A DNA stretch of 64,000 nt from Macrostomum lignano (taxonomy: Eukaryota): NCBI GenBank assembly GCA_002269645.1, contig NIVC01003740.1, forward strand, positions 1 through 64,000. Direction: 5' to 3'. Position 1 is the first letter of the stretch, and the number at the start of each line of letters is the position of its first letter. Both the position numbers and the translations under genes were made by a program. Shown piece after piece: positions 1 through 10,500 of this stretch. The notes below the pieces were generated by a model that saw nothing but the letters and a program-made list of their open reading frames with translations, searched no databases and was not told the origin of the DNA.

Positions 1-1090
1 CTGACCTTCAGGTCACAATATCCTCTTAGATATTCTCAAATCTCGCAAATCTGACCTTCAGGTCACAATATCCTCTTAGATATTCCCAAATCTCGCAAAT
101 CTGACTTTCAGGTCACAATCTTCTCTTAGATATTCTCAAATCTCGCAAATCTGACCTTCAGGTCACAATATCCTCTTAGATATTACCAAATCTCGCAAAT
201 CTGACTTTCAGGTCACAATATCCTCTTAGATATCCCAAATTTCGCAAATCGACTTTCAGGCCACAATATCCTCTTAGATATTCCCAAATCTCGCAAATCC
301 GACTTCAGGCCACAATATCCTCTTAGATATTCCCAAATCTCGCAAATCTGACTTTCAGGTCACAATCTTCTCTTAGATATTCCCAAATTTCGCAAATCCG
401 ACTTTCAGGCCACAATATCCTCTTAGATATTACCAAATCTCGCAAATCTGACTTTCAGGTCACAATCTTCTCTTAGATATCCCCAAATTTCGCAAATCCG
501 ACTTTCAGGCCACAATATCCTCTTAGATATTCCCAAAATCTCGCAAATCTGACTTTCAGGTCACAATATCCTCTTAGATATCCCAAATTTCGCAAATCGA
601 CTTTCAGGCCACAATATCCTCTTAGATATTCCAAATTTCGCAAATCGACTTTCAGGCCACAATATCCTCTTAGATATTACCAAATCTCGCAAATCTGACT
701 TTCAGGTCACAATCTTCTCTTAGATACCCAAATTTCGCAAATCGACTTTCAGGCCACAATATCCTCTTAGATATTCCCAAATCTCGCAAATCTGACTTTC
801 AGGTCACAATATCCTCTTAGATATCCCCAAATTTCGCAAATCCGACTTTCAGGCCACAATATCCTCTTAGATATTCCCAAAATCTCGCAAATCTGACTTT
901 CAGGTCACAATCTTCTCTTAGATATTCCCAAATTTCGCAAATCCGACTTTCAGGCCACAATATCCTCTTAGATATTCCCAAATCTCGCAAATCTGACCTT
1001 CAGGTCACAATCTTCTCTTAGATATTCTCAAATCTCGCTAATCTGACCTTTAGGTCACAATATTTTCTTAGATATTCTCAAATCTCGCAG
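1..1090. repeat. Minisatellite, ~50-bp unit CTGACCTTCAGGTCACAATATCCTCTTAGATATTCTCAAATCTCGCAAAT (truncated by window start)
   Basis: Direct tandem periodicity of ~50 nt; last copy ends in ...TCTCGCAG. Confidence 0.95.
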
Positions 1091-1168
1091 CACAATAACG
1101 TAAGCCAGTGGGTGCCCCGACTGACACTGGGTCTGCAGAGAAGTGACAAAGACACGAAAAGTCCATGA
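1091..1168 (+). CDS. Possible terminal coding exon of an upstream gene (HNNVSQWVPRLTLGLQRSDKDTKSP*)
   Basis: Follows TCTCGCAG acceptor at the end of the array; only phase 0 is open; no recognisable homology. Confidence 0.2.
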   Translation, partial: HNNVSQWVPRLTLGLQRSDKDTKSP

Positions 1169-1807
1169 TGGGCTGAGCGATTCAACTGGTACAACAAAGC
1201 CTGAAGACTGCGTCTATTCTAAGCAATTGGATTCAAGTCGCCAGGTTCAGTGAGAGGGGTGCTCAGGAAGAGCAGTCTGGCGGGCCTGTTATGATTAATG
1301 AGACGGCACGCAGCTGAAGGAAAAAGCGGGAGAAAACAACAGATAAAATTGCATTGATTGACAGGCGACTCAGCTTAGGGAAGCAGCAAAAAAGACAAGC
1401 TAGAAACAGGAAACACAGCTGGAACAACACCTGGAGCGGTAAAACTGGAATGCCGATAAACGTTGCTGCAGCGCGGTTAGAGCGGATTAGCTAAAGCCGG
1501 AATTCGTAAAGCGGAAGATAAACGAGACAAATAAGATGCGATGCAGCGCAGAGGCTGCATTAGACTAGAAAAAGTAACAGATTGCAAATTAACAAATAAA
1601 TTGTTCCTAACAGCAAAATCCATAGGTTCTATTCGTCATAAATCTATGACAAAATTGGGGATGTATTTTTATATTGCTATTACTTCAATATCGCTTTGTG
1701 TTGTCCTATATAATAAGAGGTGAAAATCCTCCCTGACAATGTCCTTCATTTATCTACGAGCATTTTGGCTTCTCAGTAACAATAAGCTATCTATGTATTA
1801 AGGAGCG

Positions 1808-2504
1808 GAATTCCCCCTGACAATAAGTTATCTGTATAATAGGGACAGAATTCCCCCTGACAATAAGTTATCTGTATAATAGGGACAGAATTCCCCCTGA
1901 CAATAAGTTATCTGTATAATAGGGACAGAATTCCCCCTGACAATAAGTTATCTGTATAATAGGGACAGAATTCCCCCTGACAATAAGTTATCTGTATAAT
2001 AGGGACAGAATTCCCCCTGACAATAAGTTATCTGTATAATAGGGACAGAATTCCCCCTGACAATAAGTTATCTGTATAATAGGGACAGAATTCCCCCTGA
2101 CAATAAGTTATCTGTATATTAGGGACAGAATTCCCCCTGACAATAAGTTATCTGTACAATAGGGACAGAATTCCCCCTGACAATAAGTTATCTGTATAAT
2201 AGGGACAGAATTCCCCCTGACAATAAGTTATCTGTATAATAGGGACAGAATTCCCCCTGACAATAAGTTATCTGTATAATAGGGACAGAATTCCCCTGAC
2301 AATAAGTTATCTGTATAATAGGGACAGAATTCCCCCTGACAATAAGTTATCTGTATAATAGGGACAGAATTCCCCCTGACAATAAGTTATCTGTATAATA
2401 GGGACAGAATTCCCCCTGACAATAAGTTATCTGTATAATAGGGACGGAATTCCCCCTGACAATAAGTTATCTGTATAATAGGGACGGAATTCCCCCTGAC
2501 AATA
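1808..2504. repeat. Minisatellite, 40-bp unit CAATAAGTTATCTGTATAATAGGGACAGAATTCCCCCTGA
   Basis: Near-perfect tandem copies. Confidence 0.95.
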
Positions 2505-2846
2505 TGCTTCCGCACCATAATGGATGATAGCAGGAACTCCAAATTCCACACTAATGATTCTTCAACGCTCCTATCACTCAGTGCTTAGTCAGGAGCGAGA
2601 GTTCATCGACTGTATCCACATACCGGACGATTCAAAAATAGTTGAACTGCTTTAACCAAATGAACGCACATTCAATACTGCAGTCAAAGAGGACGCACAA
2701 AAACGCGAAAAAATTCGGCCACAACGGAGGCAATGGTGAGTGATAGATTGGCAGACAATTGTCGGGTGTGGGCTCGAAACGGGAGCAAGTGAAGCGGCAG
2801 TGCGGTGCAGGGGGGGTCTCCACTCAGCTGACTCAGCCTCTGCTGT

Positions 2847-3161
2847 GGATCACATGATTTGAGTCACATGATTTGGATCACATAATTTGAATCACATGAT
2901 TTGGATCACATGATTTGGATCACATGATTTGAATCACATGATTTGGATCACATGATTTGGATCACATGATTTGAATCACACGATTTGGATCACATGATTT
3001 GGATCACATGACTTGGATCACATGATTTGGATCACATGATTTGAATCACACGATTTGGATCACATGATTTGGATCACATGACTTGGATCACATGATTTGG
3101 ATCACATGACTTGGATCACACGATTTGAATCACACGACTTGGATCACATGATTTGAATCAC
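2847..3161. repeat. Minisatellite, 14-bp unit GGATCACATGATTT
   Basis: Tandem copies with point variants. Confidence 0.95.
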
Positions 3162-3790
3162 GGGTTCTGATAGCACATGGATAAAACTCGTTCTTCCAGG
3201 CTACATTCTCCCGCTAGAATCTTGAGGTTTTACAGATCCTATTCACAGGACATTGGCATTAACCAGCTAAAGGTGGGTTTATCTTCAGGTTGCAAATGTC
3301 TTCAGGCTTCAAACCTCCGCACACCTCAGGCAGTGAAACACAAAGTTAGCCCACTGATTTACAAAAATGTCAAGCAAAATGCAGAGCAGGAGGCCGCCAG
3401 AGGAGAGACGCGGATACAGTGAGAAGGTGCAGCAAATCTTCACTTATGCCGAAAGGGAAGCCATGTGCTCACTCAGCACTGGAGCGATGCAAAATGACAA
3501 GATTCGAAAGCGAAATGGCAAAATCAGCAACCGATTAACAGGCGAGTTAAAAATGGTTTTATAATATAAGATTGTCAAATGCTCGCGCAGCTCAACTGAT
3601 TGAAGCAATAAAGCAATATGCAACTGACTAGAACAACAACCGTGAGGCGGCGGCTTCAAAGTGCCAATAAAAATTAAAGGAAACAACTGTCTGCTTTGGG
3701 AGTGAGGATTCAGAACGAACATCAGCAGATCTTTTTATATAGCAATAAACAAAATTGCGTAAACAAAGTCTTTAAAAAGATATTTGTAGT

Positions 3791-4514
3791 CCAATCTACA
3801 GCAAGATTATTCCAATCTACAGCAAGATTATTCCAATCTACAGCAAGATTATTCCAACCTACAGCAAGATTATTCCAATCTACAGCAAGATTATTCCAAT
3901 CTATAGCAAGATTATTCCAACCTACAGCAAGATTATTCCAATCTACAGCAAGATTATTCCAATCTACAGCAAGATTATTCCAATCTATAGCAAGATTATT
4001 CCAACCTACAGCAAGATTATTCCAATCTACAGCAAGATTATTCCAATCTACAGCAAGATTATTCCAATCTACAGCAAGATTATTCCAACCTACGGCAAGA
4101 TTATTCCAATCTACAGCAAGATTATTCCAATCTACAGCAAGATTATTCCAACCTACAGCAAGATTATTCCAATCTATAGCAAGATTATTCCAACCTACAG
4201 CAAGATTATTCCAATCTACAGCAAGATTATTCCAATCTATAGCAAGATTATTCCAACCTACAGCAAGATTATTCCAATCTACAGCAAGATTATTCCAATC
4301 TACAGCAAGATTATTCCAATCTACAGCAAGATTATTCCAATCTACAGCAAGATTATTCCAATCTACAGCAAGATTATTCCAATCTACAGCAAGATTATTC
4401 CAACCTACAGCAAGATTATTCCAATCTACAGCAAGATTATTCCAATCTATAGCAAGATTATTCCAACCTACAGCAAGATTATTCCAATCTACAGCAAGAT
4501 TATTCCAATCTACA
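3791..4514. repeat. Minisatellite, 21-bp unit CAATCTACAGCAAGATTATTC, immediately 3' of the DLGAP stop
   Basis: Tandem copies; produces the QSTARLF and NNLAVDW repeat ORFs. Confidence 0.95.
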
Positions 4515-4521
4515 GGCAGAT

Positions 4522-7500
4522 TCATGCAAAGATTTGGACGCCCTCGGCCCCTTTAGCCTCAGCTGCATGGCTGGGTGCCGCGGAATCTTCCGCGTGCTGC
4601 AGCCGCTGCCTGCCTCGCCGCTTCAGCTCAGCGAGACGCTCTCGACGCTGACGCTCCGCCAAGGCTGGCTGCTTCGCCGGCTGCTGCTGTCGCTGCTGCT
4701 GTCTGGGTGGAGCTCTGGACGGCTTTCGCTTCTGCAGCGGCTCCCGTGGCTGCTGCGGTGCCGGAGGCGAAGGCGGCGCTGGCGGCACCCGCCGGAACTG
4801 GCAGTCGCGGATCTGCCTGCACGTGGCCAGCATCCGCCCGATGTCCTGCAGCTGCAGGCAGCAGATGGCCCAGAAGCCGTTCAGGTCGCAGTACTGGGTG
4901 ACCCCGTTGGCCATGTTGTCCTCGCAGAGGCCGCGGAACTGCGCGAGCTTCTCGGTGAGCAGCAGGCGGGCCTTGCCGGCCGACACCCGGAGAATCCCCG
5001 ACACTGCAGTGACACAGGATCAGTGACTCACCTCCTCAGACAGGGAATCAGTGACTCACCTCCTCAGACAGGGCATCAGTGACTCACCTCCTCAGACAGG
5101 GAATCAGTGACTCACCTCCTCAGACAGGGGATCAGTGACTCACCTCCTCAGACAGGGGATCAGTGACTCACCTCCTCAGACAGGGAATCAGTGACTCACC
5201 TCCTCAGACAGGGAATCAGTGACTCACCTCCTCAGACAGGGAATCAGTGACTCACCTCCTCAGACAGGGAATCGGTGACTCACCTCCTCAGACAGGGAAT
5301 CAGTGACTCACCTCCTCAGACAGGGAATCAGTGACTCACCTCCTCAGACAGGGAATTAGTGACTCACCCTCCTCAGACAGGCCCAGGGACTCACCCTCCT
5401 CAGACAGGCCCAGGGACTCACCCTCCTCAGACAGGCCCAAGGACTCACCCTCCTCAGACAGGCCCAGGGACTCACCCTCCTCAGACAGGCCCAGGGACTC
5501 ACCCTCCTCAGACAGGCCCAGGGACTCACCCTCCTCAGACAGGCCCAGGGACTCACCCTCCTCAGACAGGCCCAGGGACTCACCCTCCTCAGACAGGCCC
5601 AGGGACTCACCCTCCTCAGACAGGCCCAAGGACTCACCCTCCTCAGACAGGCCCAGGGACTCACCCTCCTCAGACAGGCCCAGGGACTCACCCTCCTCAG
5701 ACAGGCCCAAGGACTCATCATCCAGGCAGGCCTCAATCCAGTCGGTGTCGGCGCGGATCCGCTGCTCCTCCCGCTCGGCCAGCAGCAGGAAGTAGCGCCC
5801 GGCGCTGGACGCTCCGCCATCGGCGGCGGTGTCGTCGGAGGCGGCCCGGCGGCGGCCACTGACGATGAGGCCTCCAGGCAGAGGGAGCGGGTCATGCCGG
5901 CCGCCAGCACCTGGGCGCTGCGCAGGGCGGCGCTGATCATGATGAGCGAGGACCGCTCCGTCGGCGATGTGGCTGCCGCGGTCGCCCCAGTGGAGTCTCG
6001 GCTGGCCGCCGCGCCGGCCACCGACGCCTTTGCCGCCGCAGCAGCCTTTAATGAACGGACAGCCTCGGCACTGGCGTCAGAGCGGCTTCTGGCCTGAGAG
6101 ACGGCAGTGGAGGTGGAGAAGAAGATTGCCTTCAGATTGCACACCATCAGGTTGCACACCATCAGGTTGCACACCATCAGGTTGCACATCATCAGGTTGC
6201 ACACCATCAGGTTGCACACCATCAGGTTGCACATCATCAGGGTGCACATCATCAGGTTGCACACCATCAGGTTGCACACCATCAGGTTGCACACCATCAG
6301 GTTGCACACCATCAGGTTGCACATCATCAGGTTGCACACCATCAGGTTGCACATCATCAGGTTGCACACCATCAGGTTGCACATCATCAGGTTGCACACC
6401 ATCAGGTTGCACATCATCAGGTTGCACACCATCAGGTTGCACATCATCAGGGTGCACACCATCAGGTTGCACACCATCAGGTTGCACACCATCAGGAATT
6501 TTCTTCAATATAATTATTTTTATGATACTTCGCTCCTATGTATCATACCATATCTGCATGGTAACTATTCGAGTTTGAGTAGCCCTAGCCCATAGCCGCT
6601 CGAATCCGCACACCAACCTTCCTAGCGGCCAGCGATCGCTTCTGGCCGTTGAGTTTCCTGGCGGCGTTGGCGCCGCCGCTCCTGAGCGCAACCGGGGCGC
6701 CGGCCTCTTCGGCGTCGGCAGTCGCGCTGGGGCTGGCGATGCCGTCGGAGTCTTCGGCGGGACCCGTTGGCTGGGCGGCAACTGGGGAGCTGGCGGCTGC
6801 TGCGGAGTTTGGGGCATGGAAGGGTGCTCTGGATTGGCTGCGGCGGCATAAACTACTGTGAGTAGCCACCGAATTTCACACTGTAAAAAGCATTGAAAGT
6901 CGAATTATCCTCTTTACAGACAATGCGTACCAGATCTGATACACATACAAGGGTCCAAAATCTCACCCCATGAGATAGGGGATTCTAAACTCTCACCCTG
7001 TGAGATAGGGGATTCTAAACTCTCACCCCGTAGGATAGGAGATTCTAAAATCTCTCTCCAGGAGATATGAGATTCTAAACTCTCACCCCACGAGATAGGA
7101 GATTCTAAACTCTCACCCCGTGAGATAGGAGATTCTAAACTCTCACCCCACGAGATAGGAGATTCTAAACTCTTACCCCACGAGATAGGAGATTCTAAAC
7201 TCTCACCCCATGAGATAGGAGATTCTTAACTCTCACCCCACGAGATAGGAGATTCTAAACTCTCACCCCACGAGATAGGAGATTCTAAACTCTCACCCCG
7301 TGAGATAGGAGATTCTAAACTCCCACCCCGCGAGATAGGAGATTCTAAACTCTCACCCGTGAGATAGGAGATTCTAAACTCTCACCCCGTGGGATAGGAG
7401 ATTCTAAACTCTCACCCGTGAAATAGGAGATTCTAAACCCTCACCCCTCACATAGGATAGACCAGAATTCTCGAACTACGGAACCCCAAAACCCAGCTTC

Positions 7501-10500
7501 ATTCTCCACCTGGCTCAGCCGCTGGGAGCAGCTCTGGCGCTGGCGCAGCTGCGGACGTCGAGACGGCGCTGGCGCTCGAGTTGGGCGCCGCGGCCGTGAC
7601 AGAGGCGCCAGAAAAACCGGCCAGGCGTTTCGGCAAGCTGCTCTCGGCGAAGGTCACCACTTGAGAGCTCGGCGGTGGCGCACGAGTGCCAAGGCGGTTG
7701 CCGGCTTCGCCTCCAGCGCCGAGGTCGGGATGGTCAGGCCTGGCTGCTGGGATCTCTGCTGCAGCTGGAGGGTTGAAGATTGGCGGCAAAGACTCCGTGT
7801 GATGATGGGACTTCCAGACTGAAATTTTCAAATTCACTGACAACAGCAGTACCAACACAGACTGAAATTTTCAAATTCACTGACAACAGCAGTAGCAACA
7901 CAGACTGAAATTTCAAATTCACTGACAACAGCAGTAGCAACACAGACTGAAATTTCAAATTCACTGACAACAGCAGTACCAACACAGACTGAAAATTTCA
8001 AATTCACTGACAACAGCAGTACCAACACAGACTGAAATTTTCAAATTCACTGACAACAGCAGTAGCAACACAGACTGAAATTTCAAATTCACTGACAACA
8101 GCAGTACCAACACAGACTGAAAATTTCAAATTCACTGACAACAGCAGTACCAACACAGACTGAAATTTTCAAATTCACTGACAACAGCAGTACCAACACA
8201 GACTGAAATTTCAAATTCACTGACAACAGCAGTACCAACACAGACTGAAATTTTCAAATTCACTGACAACAGCAGTACCAACACAGACTGAAATTTTCAA
8301 ATTCACTGACAACAGCAGTAGCAACACAGACTGAAAAGTGCTCTGACACTGCCCGCCTACTCAATACAAATCTCAGGTCCCAGATGGAGCAAACAAGCAG
8401 GATTCCCTCACCGGGCTGCTGCGCCTCCAGCAGCTGAGGCTCGCCAATGTCGAACCGCCGCCGGCGCTTCGTCCGCCGCGGCAGCCGATTGAGAAACTTG
8501 CGAATGGCGGCCAGCGGTGCGGCTGCCGACGAGCTCGGAGCCGCCGGGGCTTCTACCGGGGCTTCCGCCGCCGTTGCCGCCGGGGTCTCTTCGGCACCGT
8601 CGAAGTCGGCCTTAGCCGGCGGCTGCTGCGAGCCGGCGGCGGCGGAGCGGGTCTTCATGCGGGCCAGCCGGCCCAGCAGGGACCGCGGCTTCTTGGCGGC
8701 GGTGGCAGCGGCTGGCGGTGGGACGGCGGCCGCCGGCTCGGCGGGGCAGTTGGCAGGGTTGGGGCGGACACCGTCGGGACTGCCCCGTCAAAGTCCTGCA
8801 GCTTCACTTTGAAGGCCTTGGGCGTGGCCAGGCTGTCGATGGTCCGCTTGGCCGTGCCGGTGGACAGGTCCGAGTGCAGCGACGTAGTCATGAGGGTGGA
8901 GGTTTCCATGGTAACGGGATGTGGCGGATTGAAAATCGCTTCGATGGACAGCGGCGGGTGCGGCGGCGAGCGAACCGACTCGTTGGACACCTATTTCAAG
9001 GTCGGTGTAGAAAAGTAAAAATACACTAACCAATTCAATATTTTGGTCTACTATTAGTAGTTTACGATTTCTGACAGCAAAATCTAGCGCATCGATTAGC
9101 AATAATAGCAGCGCTAGACCTGCAGCGTACGCGCAGATTAACCTAGAATAGGGAGCAACTGTTCCACTGCAATCAGGCCGCACCTGACACACCTGAAACT
9201 TGGCGTGCCGAGGAGTGTCAGGTGTCTCAGCAGCAGCGTGCGAGGCCAAGGCGGGCGGCGCACAATCGATTAGGGGAGCGCGTGGGGGAGCCTTCTTGGA
9301 AAGGGGATTTTTCACCCACTTTCTCTTTCCCAACTGATCACGGCAAGACACAGAAGCGGAAATCAACACACCTTAAATTGACCCCTGAGTCGCCCACTAA
9401 GCAGAACCGCGAGGGAACAGAATTCGCCTTTCTAAGTTGAAGTAATACAGCGTTTGGAGTAGTTCAAGCCCTATTTTACGAGCAGCGAATGATAGGAGCG
9501 ATGCTTGAGAATGGTTCAGGGGTGACTCTTGAGAAAGGTTTAGGGGTGAATCTTGAGAAAGGTTCAGGGGTGACTCTTGAGAATGGTTCAGGGGTGACTC
9601 TTGAGAATGGTTCAGGGGTGACTCTTGAGAATGGTTCAGGGGTGACTCTTGAGAATGGTTTAGGGGTGACTCTTGAGAATGGGCGATGCTTGAGAATGGT
9701 TTAGGGGTGACTCTTGAGAATGGTTCAGGGGTGACTCTTGAGAATGGTTCAGGGGTGACTCTTGAGAATGGTTCAGGGGTGACTCTTGAGAATGGTTCAG
9801 GGGCGACTCTTGAGAATGGTTTAGGGGTGACTCTTGAGAATGGTTCAGGGGCGACTCTTGAGAATGGTTCAGGGGTGACTCTTGAGAATGGTTTAGGGGT
9901 GACTCTTGAGAATGGTTCAGGGGTGACTCTTGAGAATGGTTCAGGGGTGACTCTTGAGAATGGTTTAGGGGCGACTCTTGAGAATGGTTTAGGGGTGACT
10001 CTTGAGAATGGTTCAGGGGTGACTCTTGAGAATGGTTTAGGGGTGACTCTTGAGAATGGTTTAGGGGTGACTCTTGAGAATGGGCGATGCTTGAGAATGG
10101 TTCAGTGGTGACTCTTGAGAATGGTTTAGGGGTGACTCTTGAGAATGGTTCAGGGGTGACTCTTGAGAATGGTTCAGGGGTGACTCTTGAGAATGTTTCA
10201 GGGGTGACTCTTGAGAATGGGCGATGCTTGAGAATGGTTTAGGGGTGACTCTTGAGAATGGGCGATGCTTGAGAATGGTTTAGGGGTGACTCTTGAGAAT
10301 GGGCGATGCTTGAGAATGGTTTAGGGGTGACTCTTGAGAATGGTTTAGGGGTGACTCTTGAGAATGGTTCAGGGGTGACTCTTGAGAATGGTTCAGGGGT
10401 GACTCTTGAGAATGGTTCAGGGGTGACTCTTGAGAATGGTTTAGGGGTGACTCTTGAGAATGGTTCAGGGGTGACTCTTGAGAATGGTTCAGGGGTGACT

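Noticed and set aside
3177-3722. Short ORFs between the 14-bp and 21-bp arrays
   Set aside because: No recognisable domain, codon bias or consistent splice structure
5331-6595. Plus-strand repeat ORFs (DSPSSDRPR, THPPQTGPG, LHTIR, SGCTP)
   Set aside because: Translations of intronic arrays antisense to DLGAP; several frames are open simultaneously
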